Assembly: GCA_044228065.1 (NCBI GenBank)
Contig: JBGAVP010000001.1
Span: 26,271-90,270, forward strand
Direction: 5' to 3'
Length of the DNA: 64,000 bases
DNA from: Chitinophagales bacterium
GTDB taxonomy: Bacteria > Bacteroidota > Bacteroidia > Chitinophagales > LD1
Part shown: piece after piece, positions 1 to 10,382 of the stretch
Layout: every line of letters starts with the position of its first letter
Numbering within the stretch: the stretch's first letter is position 1
Made by a program: the position numbers and the translations under genes
The notes under the pieces: generated by a model
Told to the model about the DNA's origin: nothing
Seen by the model: only the letters and a program-made list of their open reading frames with translations
The model's database searches: none

Positions 1-1
1 T

Positions 2-127
2 CACAAACTTACAGTAAAAGTGACTGCACCTTCTGCTGCTAAAGCTGAAAAAGCTGCTAAAAAAGCTGCTGCTCCTAAAAAAGCTGCTGCTCCTAAAAAG
101 GCTGCTGCTAAGAAAACAGAGGAATAA
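2..127 (+). CDS. 3' end of a highly expressed gene with a Lys/Ala/Pro-rich (KKAAAP) tail; possibly ribosomal protein bL9 with a C-terminal extension (partial)
   Basis: Frame 2 reads HKLTVKVTAPSAAKAEKAAKKAAAPKKAAAPKKAAAKKTEE*. GCT/AAA codon bias. HKLTVKVTA resembles the last strand of bL9. A terminator follows. Confidence 0.6.
   Translation, partial: HKLTVKVTAPSAAKAEKAAKKAAAPKKAAAPKKAAAKKTEE
59..109 (+). repeat. 18-bp tandem repeat AAAAAAGCTGCTGCTCCT (2 exact copies plus 1 partial) encoding KKAAAP
   Basis: Read directly at 59-76, 77-94 and 95-109. Confidence 0.9.
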
Positions 128-148
128 TATAATTTTCTAAGTGCTACT

Positions 149-180
149 AAAATGCCACGGTAATTAGGTCGTGGCATTTT
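149..180. terminator. Bidirectional intrinsic terminator
   Basis: AAAATGCCACG-N10-CGTGGCATTTT between convergent genes. Confidence 0.8.
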
Positions 181-183
181 TAG

Positions 184-807
184 TTATGGAGAAAGGCGCT
201 CAATTTTCCAAGCATCTTGTTTTTGCGTATACACAATACGATCGTGTAGGCGAGAAGGTCTGCCTTGCCAAAATTCTATTCTAAAAGGAACTACCAAATA
301 GCCTCCCCAATTATCAGGCATTTTAATTTCTTCCTTCTTTAAAGCTTGTAGTTTTTCTTCTAAAACAAATCGGGAAGCTATTACTTTGCTTTGCTCTGAA
401 ACCATAGCCCCCATTTGGCTTTCGATAGGTCTTGAATAAAAATATTCTTCCGAAATTTCTTTTGGCAATTTTTCAATTCTTCCTTCTATACGCACTTGCC
501 TTTCTAAAACATCCCAAAAAAACAATAACTCCACTTGCGGGTTTTGTTCTATCTCATCTCCTTTTCTACTGGAATAATTGGTGTAAAACACAAAACCATT
601 GGAGTTAAATTCTTTTAGCAAAACTATGCGTGCAGATGGTTTGCCTTCTTTAGTAGCTGTAGCCAGCGTCATTACATTTGCTTCTAAAATTTCAGAATCT
701 AATGCTTCTTGATACCAGACTCTAAATTGGTCGATGGGATTAGAAACAATGGTATCCTCTGTCAACTCTGCTTTGGTGTAGGTTTTCCTGTGATGATGGA
801 GTTTCAT
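184..807 (-). CDS. pdxH: Pyridoxamine 5'-phosphate oxidase
   Basis: PSARIVLLK, FYTNYSSRKG, RQVRIEG and EFWQGRPSRLHDR motifs. Confidence 0.97.
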   Translation of the reverse strand: MKLHHHRKTYTKAELTEDTIVSNPIDQFRVWYQEALDSEILEANVMTLATATKEGKPSARIVLLKEFNSNGFVFYTNYSSRKGDEIEQNPQVELLFFWDVLERQVRIEGRIEKLPKEISEEYFYSRPIESQMGAMVSEQSKVIASRFVLEEKLQALKKEEIKMPDNWGGYLVVPFRIEFWQGRPSRLHDRIVYTQKQDAWKIERLSP

Positions 808-886
808 TCTTTGATTTAAGAATATGAGGGTTTAGAATTTAGAATGAAAGTAGCTGTTGTGATTCTTTAATCTTCAGATTCTTTCA

Positions 887-1324
887 TTAACGAATCGTAA
901 CCTTAAATTCTTTTTGATAATTTAATGTTTGTGCTTTCATATCTACCCTGAAACGTACTATGGTATTTGGTTGTAAGGTATCAGGTATGGTATAAGAACC
1001 GCTGTAAGAATATTTGTTGGAAAGCTTTGTATTATCAGAATCTAACTGAACTGCAAACAAAGTATCGGGGTAGGTGTATACGTGGCTAGCAGATTGTGTT
1101 GTGTCTATTTCATACTTTCCTGTCACAAAACTAATGGGTCTATCGGTGGTGAATTTTACTTCCACCGGAATTACTTTTCCAGCCAGTGAAGTAAGAGACA
1201 AGGTATCAGGTTTTACCAATGTAATCGGCTCTAAAACTACATCCTTAGTTTCTTTCTTACAACCAGAAATAAAATAAACCAACGAACAAGCTATCACTAC
1301 GGCAACTAAAAATTTCTTTTCCAT
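887..1324 (-). CDS. Hypothetical lipoprotein (beta-rich, Ig-like)
   Basis: Signal peptide with lipobox ISG-C followed by KKE; beta-strand pattern. Confidence 0.75.
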   Translation of the reverse strand: MEKKFLVAVVIACSLVYFISGCKKETKDVVLEPITLVKPDTLSLTSLAGKVIPVEVKFTTDRPISFVTGKYEIDTTQSASHVYTYPDTLFAVQLDSDNTKLSNKYSYSGSYTIPDTLQPNTIVRFRVDMKAQTLNYQKEFKVTIR

Positions 1325-1345
1325 GAATTAATTTTAAAACAAAAT

Positions 1346-2803
1346 TTACAAATACTTCAACATAAAATTTACTACCGTTTTAGCTAATCCACCATAAGGA
1401 TACCAAAGTGGCGTAGAAATGGAACCTCGATGAAGTGCCTTTAACACCGCTCGTTCGTTGCTAAATTCTTTGAAGCCATAATGCCCCATTGATTTTCCTA
1501 TGCCCGAATTATTTACTCCTCCAAAAGGCAAATTCGGCTGGGTAATGTGCACCAAATTATCATTGATACAAGTACCACCAGCAGAGGTGCTGTTCACCAC
1601 TAAATCTTGGATTTTCGATTTTTCAGAAAACACATAAAGCGCTAATGGCTTTTCTTTTCCATTTACTAAAGCCAATGCTTCTTCAAGTGTTTTGTAGGTA
1701 ACAATCGGCAAAACTGGTCCGAAAATTTCTTCTTGCATAAGCCTAGCATCGAGTGCCACATTGGACACCAAAGTTGGGCTTATGAAATTTTGACTTTCAT
1801 CAAACACACCACCAGCCTCAATTTTAGCACCTCCTTTTACCGCATCATCCAATAATGACTTTATTCTATTAAAATGTTTGTTGTTAACTATTCTTCCTAA
1901 ATCTTTATTGCTCTTGGGGTCTTCACCAAAAACTTTACGGATATTTTCTTTGAATTTAGAAATGAACTCGTCTTTCTTTTTTTCATCAATCAAAACATAA
2001 TCTGGAGCTATACAAGTTTGCCCCACATTCAAAAATTTTCCCCAAGTCAATTTCTTTACCGCAGCATCTAAATTGGCTGAATCGTCAATGATAACAGGCG
2101 ATTTGCCACCTAACTCTAGCGTAACTGGAGTCAAATATTCTGATGCTGCTCGCATCACTACTTTGCCTACAGCAGGGCTTCCTGTAAAATGTATATGGTC
2201 AAATTTTAGTTTCAATAATTCTGTAGAAATGGAATGATCTCCTTCAATTACAGCTACTTCATTTTCAGGAAAAATTTTAGAAAGAATTTCTTTTACTAAT
2301 GCGGATGTGTTGGGTGTAAATTCTGATGGCTTAATGATAGCAGTATTTCCAGCAGCTATACATGTCACCAAATGTTGCATAGGCATTTGAAAAGGATAGT
2401 TCCAAGGAGTCATTAAAAGACAAGTTCCTTTTGGTTCAAATACAACCTTAGAAGAAGACCCTATAAACAACATAGGAGTTTCTACTTCATGTGGTGCCAT
2501 CCAGTCACTTAAATTAGAAACAGCATATCTTATTTCAGCAACTGTATTGTAGATTTCGGCATAATCTGTTTCAATAGATGCTTTGTGCAAATCTTTAAAC
2601 ACCGCTTGCTCTATGCGTTCGCGGTATTCAAAAATTACGTCTTTCATTTTATTGAGTTTGGCTCTGCGTTCCTTTACCGTAGTGCTTTTCACATTTTGTC
2701 TGTTTTTCAATTGCAAACTATAAATGCGTAAAATCTCCTCCAATTGCGTATTAGGGCTAATGGGAATGTTCTTTACAGGTGCTTGTGTGGCGGTAGCTTC
2801 CAT
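1346..2803 (-). CDS. Aldehyde dehydrogenase, ALDH3/coniferyl/fatty-aldehyde type
   Basis: PWNYP, KPSE, FTGS, LELGGKSP, GQTCIAPDY, EEIFGP and PFGGV motifs. ATG at 2803 (MEATA) preferred over 2833. Confidence 0.93.
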   Translation of the reverse strand: MEATATQAPVKNIPISPNTQLEEILRIYSLQLKNRQNVKSTTVKERRAKLNKMKDVIFEYRERIEQAVFKDLHKASIETDYAEIYNTVAEIRYAVSNLSDWMAPHEVETPMLFIGSSSKVVFEPKGTCLLMTPWNYPFQMPMQHLVTCIAAGNTAIIKPSEFTPNTSALVKEILSKIFPENEVAVIEGDHSISTELLKLKFDHIHFTGSPAVGKVVMRAASEYLTPVTLELGGKSPVIIDDSANLDAAVKKLTWGKFLNVGQTCIAPDYVLIDEKKKDEFISKFKENIRKVFGEDPKSNKDLGRIVNNKHFNRIKSLLDDAVKGGAKIEAGGVFDESQNFISPTLVSNVALDARLMQEEIFGPVLPIVTYKTLEEALALVNGKEKPLALYVFSEKSKIQDLVVNSTSAGGTCINDNLVHITQPNLPFGGVNNSGIGKSMGHYGFKEFSNERAVLKALHRGSISTPLWYPYGGLAKTVVNFMLKYL

Positions 2804-2894
2804 CGTTAAAAATTTGAATTTTAAATATAGCAATAATGTGTGAAATATAAATGGATGTAGCTTTTTTGATTTTTGGCGTATATTTCAATTTATA

Positions 2895-4028
2895 ATGCGC
2901 TGGCTGAACCAACTTTTCAAAATTGAAACTGATTATTCAAAACGAATTTTTGGCTTAGATATTTTAAGAGTTATCGGAATTTTACTAGTGATAGAAGCGC
3001 ATGGATTTAATCTGGTGGTACAGTTTTTCCCGAAAACATTTCTGCTAATTCCGCTTTTAGACAAGGTAAATTTCTCTTTTATTCTCAGTGGTTTTTTAAT
3101 TGGAAGTTCGCTCATAAAATTATTCAATCGGGAAGATTTTGATTTTTCAAAAGTTAAAACATTTTGGATTCGCAGGTGGCTTAGAACTATACCAGCCTAT
3201 TATTTGGTAATAACTGTATATATTTTATTACGCTATACTTTTACAAATGTGGGTTTTGTTTTTCCTTGGAAACATTACTTCTTTTTACAAAATATTTGCA
3301 CACCAGAACCAGACCCCTATTACTTTTATCCAGAAGCGTGGAGTTTGGCAGTGGAAGAATGGTTTTATTTTTCCATACCAGCACTGTTGCTCCTTTTTCA
3401 CTTTTTAGTTTCCAAATTTTTGGGCAAAAAAACATTGCTCATCACCATCATTTTAGCTGTGATAGGAGTTTCTACTTTTCTGCGCTACAACAGAGCTCTG
3501 CACACTCCAGATTTGAGTATTCACGATTGGAATATTTGGTTTAGGAAAGTAGTTTTATTTCGGTTAGACACCTTAATGATAGGGATGTTGGCAGCTTTTA
3601 TAAAATATTACTTCCATGATTTTTGGACAAATGAAAAGAATAAACTTTTTGCGGTAAGCTTGTTTTTACTCAGTGTTACTTTGCTTCTTTATCCCTATTT
3701 TTTACACCAAAGTTTTTGGTTGAAAACTTTTTATATCACACAGGTAAGTATTGCGGTAGCTTTGCTAGTACCTAAGTTAGATAGCATTAAAACGGGCAGC
3801 GGATTTTGGTTGAAGAGCATCACTTTTATTAGTAAAATTTCTTTCTGTATTTATTTGCTTAACCGCACACCAATATTGAAAAGCATACAATACTTATTGC
3901 CAGGAAATAATTTAGCAGCTTGTGCTTTTCAATACGGATTGTATGTATTGCTACTTTTTGTGTCTGCTACTCTAATGCACAAGTTTATAGAGAAGCCTAT
4001 TCTAGCATTTCGAGATAAGGTTAGCTAG
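2895..4028 (+). CDS. Acyltransferase family 3 (OafA-like) membrane protein
   Basis: GLDILR, LSGFLI, RRWLRTIPAY, WSLAVEEWFY and IEKP motifs; multiple TM segments. Confidence 0.92.
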   Translation: MRWLNQLFKIETDYSKRIFGLDILRVIGILLVIEAHGFNLVVQFFPKTFLLIPLLDKVNFSFILSGFLIGSSLIKLFNREDFDFSKVKTFWIRRWLRTIPAYYLVITVYILLRYTFTNVGFVFPWKHYFFLQNICTPEPDPYYFYPEAWSLAVEEWFYFSIPALLLLFHFLVSKFLGKKTLLITIILAVIGVSTFLRYNRALHTPDLSIHDWNIWFRKVVLFRLDTLMIGMLAAFIKYYFHDFWTNEKNKLFAVSLFLLSVTLLLYPYFLHQSFWLKTFYITQVSIAVALLVPKLDSIKTGSGFWLKSITFISKISFCIYLLNRTPILKSIQYLLPGNNLAACAFQYGLYVLLLFVSATLMHKFIEKPILAFRDKVS

Positions 4029-5724
4029 GTCGAATATCTTTTACCATCATTTGCAACGTTACATTTCCATTCCACTCGTTTTCTTCTATTTGATAGCAAA
4101 CATCAAATGAGTCATTCTTTAAAATTGGAAATTTATCTGCAAGCCCAAACCCAATTCCATCAACTATTTCACGAACTCCTCTTCGCAGGGAGAATTTAAT
4201 ATGCTTCTCTTTTAGGATTTTACTCCATCCGCTATCTTTTACACTTTTAGTCACAAATACTGGCAACATATTTTCTGGTCCAAAAGGAGCCATTTGCTTT
4301 AGAATATTAAAAAAGGAAGGAGTAATGTCTTCTAAAGAAATTTCTGCATCTATTTCTATTTCAGGAATGAGTTGCTCTTCTGTAATTCTCGCTGAAACAA
4401 CTTGCTCAAATTTTTCAGTAAAAGCAGCTACATTTTCTGGGAGCAAGGTAAGTCCAGCTGCATACTTGTGTCCACCAAATTGAATCAATAAATCTTTGCA
4501 CTCATAGATGGCTTCATACAAATCAAATCCTTTTACAGAACGAGCTGAACCGGTAACTTTTCCATCAGATTCGGTAAGTACAATGGTCGGTCGATAATAG
4601 GTTTCTATCAACCTCGATGCCACAATTCCTATCACTCCCTTATGCCAAGTTTCATGAAAAAGAACTGTAGATTTTTTATTTAAAAGTTCTGTATTCGTAG
4701 CAATCATATCTAAAGCATGCTCTGTAATATTTTTATCCAAATCTTTTCGCTCCAAATTCAATTTTTGCAAAACAGAAGCATGACTATCAGTTTGCAAACT
4801 CTCAGTTTCAGCTATTAAAACTTTCACTGCATGTTTTGCATCGTCTATTCTTCCAGCAGCGTTAATTCGAGGTCCTAGTGTAAAAACCACATCAGAAATG
4901 GTCATGGCTTTCTTTATTCCAGCCAACTCTATTAATGATTTTAAACCTTCACAAGGTTGTGTGTTCAATTTATGTAAACCGTAAAATGCTAAAATTCGAT
5001 TCTCGCCAGTAATAGGAACAATATCGGAGCCTATACTTACACAAACTAAATCTAGATAACGATAGACTTTCTGTAAATCAATCCCATGTTGCATAGCAAA
5101 TGCTTGAATCAATTTAAACCCTATACCACACCCACTTAACTCCTTGTAAGGGTATGCGCAATCCATTCGCTTAGGATCAAGTACAGCAATAGCTTGTGGC
5201 AGCTGAGTTCCTGGTAAATGGTGATCACAAATTATGAAATCTATTTTTTTAGAGTTAGCGTATTCTACTTTATCTACCGATTTTATTCCACAGTCCAATG
5301 CAATAATCAAAGTGAAATTATTGCTCTCAGCAAAATCAATTCCTTGTGTAGAAATTCCATAACCTTCTAAGTAGCGGTTCGGAATGTAGTAATCAATATT
5401 GGTATATACTTCTTTAAAAAAACTATAAACTGTAGCTACAGAAGTAGTGCCATCCACATCATAATCTCCATAAATTAAAATCTTCTCATTATTAGCAATA
5501 GCATCTGTAATTCGTTCAATTGCTTTGCTCATATCCTGCATTAAAAAAGGGTCATGAAGCGCTGTAAGTTCGGGACGAAAAAAAGCTTTAGCATCTTCAT
5601 AACTATCTACACCCCTTGCCACCAAAAGTTTACAGAGTTTGGGGTGTATTTGGAGGGCCTGTTGAAGAGACGCTACTTTAGCTTCATCTACTTGCTTTAT
5701 TGTCCAACGTTTTTCTAAAATCAC
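4021..5724 (-). CDS. recJ: Single-stranded-DNA exonuclease RecJ
   Basis: GDYDVDG, DCG, DHH, PRINAAGR, GSARS, GGHKYAAG and PFGPEN motifs. Confidence 0.97.
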   Translation of the reverse strand: MILEKRWTIKQVDEAKVASLQQALQIHPKLCKLLVARGVDSYEDAKAFFRPELTALHDPFLMQDMSKAIERITDAIANNEKILIYGDYDVDGTTSVATVYSFFKEVYTNIDYYIPNRYLEGYGISTQGIDFAESNNFTLIIALDCGIKSVDKVEYANSKKIDFIICDHHLPGTQLPQAIAVLDPKRMDCAYPYKELSGCGIGFKLIQAFAMQHGIDLQKVYRYLDLVCVSIGSDIVPITGENRILAFYGLHKLNTQPCEGLKSLIELAGIKKAMTISDVVFTLGPRINAAGRIDDAKHAVKVLIAETESLQTDSHASVLQKLNLERKDLDKNITEHALDMIATNTELLNKKSTVLFHETWHKGVIGIVASRLIETYYRPTIVLTESDGKVTGSARSVKGFDLYEAIYECKDLLIQFGGHKYAAGLTLLPENVAAFTEKFEQVVSARITEEQLIPEIEIDAEISLEDITPSFFNILKQMAPFGPENMLPVFVTKSVKDSGWSKILKEKHIKFSLRRGVREIVDGIGFGLADKFPILKNDSFDVCYQIEENEWNGNVTLQMMVKDIRPS

Positions 5725-5765
5725 GACTTAATTATAAGTTGAAATAATAAAAGTAAGGATACGAT

Positions 5766-7910
5766 TTATTGAATTACCAAAACTTTTGTTCTTACTACTC
5801 TTTCTCCCTCCATGATAGAAATATTATAAAAGCCTTGCTGAAATTGAGTTACATCAATTGAAGTATTGTTAATGGTTGTATCTAAAAAAATATTTTTTGA
5901 AAAAATATTTCTACCCAAAACATCGGAGATTAATAGTCTCACCTCTTTCGCTCCATTTGCTTTTAAAAGTAAATTCAATTTTTCTTTGGTAGGATTAGGA
6001 TATATTTGAAAAGCTTCAATACCAGAAATTTCTTCAATATCTGTGTAATAAATTCCAATAGTTGTGTCCTTAACACAACCGTTTTCGTTTTTAATGTGAA
6101 TTGTTTTTTTACCAGCTGTACTCACTGAAAAAATCCCATTCGATTGATAAGAGCCATTATCCAGTGCGTATTGGAGTGAGTCGTTTCCAGCTTTGGCTAC
6201 AATCACAATGTTTCCCGAACCAGAAGCAATAGGAACAATATTGATGGAGGTAACATTAATAACAGATGGCTCATTAATAAAGAAATTTAGAGTCCTTTCG
6301 CATCCACCAGTTTCAGTAATTGTTACAGTATAATTACCAGCTGAAAGATTAGAAATTACTGTTTTATTCATGGTGTCATTCGACCAATGAATAGTGTAAT
6401 TTGACAAGCTTCCACTTACAGATAAAGTAGCTTGCCCATCACTCCCAAGATTACAACTGTTATCGTTCGTTGCTATAGAGGCATGGTAGTTGCAATTGTT
6501 GCAGTTATAATTTGCTACCTCCAAAAAACTTTTGTACAAATTCAATCTTCCATCTGAAGCCGTACGATTTTTCATACTCGCAATTTTATCAGTGCCTTGT
6601 AGCATATACTCTTTCATGATTAGCGCTAAAGAATCTGGATAAGCCTTGTAATCACCCACCAATTTAGGACATGCTGCTGCATACATAGCAGCTACAGCAC
6701 CTGTTACATGAGGCGAAGACATAGAGGTGCCACTCAAATAATTGTAAGTATTATTTGGTAAAGTAGAAAAAATACTCGTGCCTGGAGCACCTAAATCTAC
6801 ACTTTTAACACCGTAAGCACACTGGAAATTTCTGCCATCATTTCTATCAGAATTGGTAACCCCTATTTTAAATTTACTGGGGCATTCCGAAGGCACATCA
6901 TGCACCACATCTACATTTACATCTCTATTTGGGGAAGAAACAGCACTCAATATTCCATACTTGCCTAACGAATCATACATGGCACACCAAATGGGAAAAT
7001 CAACTGGATTTGCACCGTACTGTCCTACTCCAAAAGAAGAATTAGTTGCTACTACAAATGCGCCTTTTGATCCTCCACTTACATTGTATAAATCGCGCAT
7101 GGCTATCGTATAGTCGTAGGCTTTTACTACATCAGATTCTAATTCCGATGATCCATCTATCGCTAAAATTTTTACACCCCAACAAACACCTGCAATCCCT
7201 TTTCCATTATCTCCTTTTGCACCAGCTATACCAGCTACATGTGTTCCGTGTGAGGCGCTGCCATACACAGAATCGTTGCTATCATACACACTCCACCCCC
7301 AATAATCATCTACAAAACCATTGCCATCATCATCTATACTGTTGTTTGGAATTTCATTATAGTTGACAAAATAATTCAGGTCTTCATGATAGATATCTAC
7401 CTTATCTTCTATCACCGCTATCACAATACTATCTCCCACTTGAGTGAGATTGTTATGGTTAATTTGCCAAGCTAATGTTGCATCTATATCGCTTCCTGCT
7501 GTTCCAGAATTTTGCCCGGTATTTAGCATGCTCCATTGATAAGAAAAAAATGGATCGTTTGGAACAATACTTCGCTTTTCAATTTTATGATTGAACTGAA
7601 CTGCTGCTATTAACGAATTTTCTTTCCACCCATTTAATTCACTTTCGGAGATAGCCCCTTTCGATTTTTGCACGAGCCAAATATTCATTCTCTTAGAAAG
7701 ACATTCCCTAAAAATAAATTCTGGAAATCTATTTTGAATTTCTTGATTGATAGGATTTTGAAAATGAACTATCAACTGATTCGCAATCTTATATTCATCA
7801 TTTATAGATTGCGCAGCGCAATTTTGAAAATTAAGAAAAGTGAAAAAAAATAGGCAAGAAGCCAATAATAGCAATCCATTAAACCTAAATACACTTTTTT
7901 TTCTTTTCAT
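5766..7910 (-). CDS. S8 subtilisin-like serine peptidase with SprB-type repeat and T9SS type A C-terminal sorting domain
   Basis: IAVIED, HGTHVAG and GTSMSSPH triad motifs; DDDGNGFVDD loop; C-terminal IYPNP...DVLGR...KVLVIQ. Confidence 0.92.
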   Translation of the reverse strand: MKRKKSVFRFNGLLLLASCLFFFTFLNFQNCAAQSINDEYKIANQLIVHFQNPINQEIQNRFPEFIFRECLSKRMNIWLVQKSKGAISESELNGWKENSLIAAVQFNHKIEKRSIVPNDPFFSYQWSMLNTGQNSGTAGSDIDATLAWQINHNNLTQVGDSIVIAVIEDKVDIYHEDLNYFVNYNEIPNNSIDDDGNGFVDDYWGWSVYDSNDSVYGSASHGTHVAGIAGAKGDNGKGIAGVCWGVKILAIDGSSELESDVVKAYDYTIAMRDLYNVSGGSKGAFVVATNSSFGVGQYGANPVDFPIWCAMYDSLGKYGILSAVSSPNRDVNVDVVHDVPSECPSKFKIGVTNSDRNDGRNFQCAYGVKSVDLGAPGTSIFSTLPNNTYNYLSGTSMSSPHVTGAVAAMYAAACPKLVGDYKAYPDSLALIMKEYMLQGTDKIASMKNRTASDGRLNLYKSFLEVANYNCNNCNYHASIATNDNSCNLGSDGQATLSVSGSLSNYTIHWSNDTMNKTVISNLSAGNYTVTITETGGCERTLNFFINEPSVINVTSINIVPIASGSGNIVIVAKAGNDSLQYALDNGSYQSNGIFSVSTAGKKTIHIKNENGCVKDTTIGIYYTDIEEISGIEAFQIYPNPTKEKLNLLLKANGAKEVRLLISDVLGRNIFSKNIFLDTTINNTSIDVTQFQQGFYNISIMEGERVVRTKVLVIQ

Positions 7911-7923
7911 TTTTCTAGCATTT

Positions 7924-9270
7924 TTAATTTTTTTCTATCCACTCTTTAGCTATATCCATTACTTCCACACTTTCCCATTTATTCTCTATATTACTTAGAC
8001 GCATAATCTGGTCTAAAAGTTCGCTTTGTTTTTCACCTTGTCGCTTTGCTTCCGCATAAGGGGTTTGGTCGAAAGTAACCATGGAGTAAAGTGTATTGAA
8101 TTTTCCAGGAAATTCTGCCGCAATTTTTTTCTCAATTTTAAGTCTTAGTTGGAACTCGGGTTGGGCAGAAAGATCACGCATTTCTATAAAATTATACAAA
8201 GCTAAATCTGCAATTGCATCGGCATTGGGCTTGCGTGATTTTTGGTAATTATCGAGAGCACTTTCCCAATCATCATGGCACTCATCTAACAACTCATCTA
8301 AAATGCGAACATCTTCAAAACCACAATTCATTCCTTGCCCATAAAATGGTACCACACCATGAGCTGCATCGCCTATCAATACTGTGTTTTGATAAACCCA
8401 AGGATAACAGCGAATCGTAGCCAATGATGAAGTAGGATTATTTAAAAAGTCTTCTTTTAAAGTAGGCATCAAAGGAACAGCCGAAGGAAAATGCTTGGTA
8501 AAATAAGCTTCCACATCTTCTGCAGTTTTTACTGTATCAAAAGAATTTTCACCATGAAAAGGAGCAAATAGCGTACAAGTAAAAGTCCCATCAATATTGG
8601 GCAAAGCAATCATCATAAAACTTTTCCGAGGCCAAATGTGCAATGCATTTTTTTCTATCTGAAAATTTCCCGTAGCATCAGCAGGTATGTGTAACTCTTT
8701 GTAGCCATAGGTTTCAAAGGTTTGTGAAAAAGTAAAATTAGGAGTTACTTTTTGCATACGATAGCGCACTTCAGAAAAAGCTCCATCTGCACCTATTATT
8801 AAATCTGCTTTTACAGTTGAAATCTTTTGGGTAATTGCATTTTCGAAAGTGATGACATTGTTCTTGAAATCAACATCCTCACATCTTTCATCAAAATAAA
8901 ATTGCACACCTTCAAACTTTTCTGCTTCATTCACCAATGCTTTGTTGAGCTCACCCCGCGAAACACTGTAAATTGCTTGTCCTTCATTGCCATAAGGAAT
9001 TAATGCTGTAGTAGCATCCAAATTATGGACTGTTCTGCCTTTCATCGGTATAGCTATTTCCTCGATAGCGGCTTTCAAACCCACTCGCTCTAAAGTAGCC
9101 CAGCCCCTGTTACTCAATGCCAAATTAATAGAACGCCCTCCTATATAGCCAGCAGTGCGCATATCGCTTCTGCGTTCATATACACTCACTTTATTTCCTC
9201 GCTTTGCTAAAAAGCAAGCCAATACAGAACCTACCAAACCTCCGCCTACAATTACAATATTCTTTTTCAT
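7924..9270 (-). CDS. kmo: Kynurenine 3-monooxygenase
   Basis: GGGLVG, GRSINLALSNRG, ALHIWPR and GDAAHGVVPFYGQGMNCGFED motifs. Start at MKKNIV. Confidence 0.93.
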   Translation of the reverse strand: MKKNIVIVGGGLVGSVLACFLAKRGNKVSVYERRSDMRTAGYIGGRSINLALSNRGWATLERVGLKAAIEEIAIPMKGRTVHNLDATTALIPYGNEGQAIYSVSRGELNKALVNEAEKFEGVQFYFDERCEDVDFKNNVITFENAITQKISTVKADLIIGADGAFSEVRYRMQKVTPNFTFSQTFETYGYKELHIPADATGNFQIEKNALHIWPRKSFMMIALPNIDGTFTCTLFAPFHGENSFDTVKTAEDVEAYFTKHFPSAVPLMPTLKEDFLNNPTSSLATIRCYPWVYQNTVLIGDAAHGVVPFYGQGMNCGFEDVRILDELLDECHDDWESALDNYQKSRKPNADAIADLALYNFIEMRDLSAQPEFQLRLKIEKKIAAEFPGKFNTLYSMVTFDQTPYAEAKRQGEKQSELLDQIMRLSNIENKWESVEVMDIAKEWIEKN

Positions 9271-9335
9271 GCTATTCCTTTTATAAAGTTCAAATTTGTA
9301 AATTATTTCGGCAAACTTCATTTTCTCAATTATAT

Positions 9336-9343
9336 TACCTTTG
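9336..9343 (+). promoter_or_regulatory. Bacteroidota -7 promoter element (TAnnTTTG) upstream of the yqeY-like gene
   Basis: TACCTTTG, 14 nt before the ATG at 9358. Confidence 0.6.
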
Positions 9344-9357
9344 GAAAAAATTTTAAC

Positions 9358-9807
9358 ATGACATTAGAAGAAAAAATTAACAATGAAATTAAAATCGCAA
9401 TGCTTGCAAAAGATGCTGCAGGCTTACGTGGTTTACGTGCCATAAAAGCAGCTCTCCTAATTGCTAAAACGGAAAAGGGAGGCAGCGATGTAATTTCGTC
9501 TGAAAGGGAAATACAAATACTTTCAAGATTGCTAAAACAACGCAAAGAGTCTATTGAAATATTTGAATCTCAAAATCGTGCAGACCTTGCTACCACAGAG
9601 AAAGAAGAAGTAGCTATCATAGAAAAATTTATGCCTGCTATGATGAGCGATGAAGAGGTTCGCGATGCTATAAAAGCTATTATTACCGAAGTAGGTGCTA
9701 CTTCTCAAAAAGAAATGGGTAAAGTGATGGGTGCTGCTTCTAAACAATTAGCTGGCAAAGCAGACAATAAATTGGTTTCTGAAATCGTTAAAAGTTTATT
9801 GGCATAA
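9358..9807 (+). CDS. GatB/YqeY domain protein
   Basis: 149 aa; AMLAKD...LRAIKAA, KQRKESIEIF and MGKVMG motifs. Confidence 0.93.
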   Translation: MTLEEKINNEIKIAMLAKDAAGLRGLRAIKAALLIAKTEKGGSDVISSEREIQILSRLLKQRKESIEIFESQNRADLATTEKEEVAIIEKFMPAMMSDEEVRDAIKAIITEVGATSQKEMGKVMGAASKQLAGKADNKLVSEIVKSLLA

Positions 9808-9816
9808 ACGATTATT

Positions 9817-10353
9817 ATGGTTTTTGATATCCTGTTTGTAATCTTTATTGGTGTTGGCTTTTGGTGGGGATACCAAAAGGGAATCATCTATTCCATATTT
9901 TCCCTGCTCTCCTATTTCTTAGGAATTATTGGCGCTTTAAAATTTTCATTCATAGCTGTAAAGTTTTTGAATGGAACCCTGAATTTAGGACCTAAAGGCA
10001 TTGCTATTACTGCATTTATTCTAGTCTTTATCTTGGTGGTATTACTGGTTCGTTTGGTGGCTTGGGCGCTGGAGCAGATATTAAAATCATTCTCTTTAAA
10101 TATTACCAACCAACTTATCGGTGGTACTATTCATGCATTAATTGGGCTTTATGTGTTTTGCGTTTTCATTTGGTTCTTAAATAAATGGGATGTATTTCCC
10201 AAAGAACAAAAAACTACCTCCCATGTATATCCTTATATTTCTGATTTAGGTCCACAGGTGGTAGAATACACGGGTAAAATAGTTCCCATTTTCAAAGACA
10301 CCTTTCAAAATTTTGAGGATATGATTAAGACATCGTATCACAAACCTGAATAG
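9817..10353 (+). CDS. CvpA (colicin V production) family membrane protein
   Basis: DI..GFWWGYQKGII...NQLIGG pattern; 4 TM segments; usual neighbour of yqeY. Confidence 0.88.
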   Translation: MVFDILFVIFIGVGFWWGYQKGIIYSIFSLLSYFLGIIGALKFSFIAVKFLNGTLNLGPKGIAITAFILVFILVVLLVRLVAWALEQILKSFSLNITNQLIGGTIHALIGLYVFCVFIWFLNKWDVFPKEQKTTSHVYPYISDLGPQVVEYTGKIVPIFKDTFQNFEDMIKTSYHKPE

Positions 10354-10382
10354 TTTTAAAAACGATTCTATAATCTGTTGTT

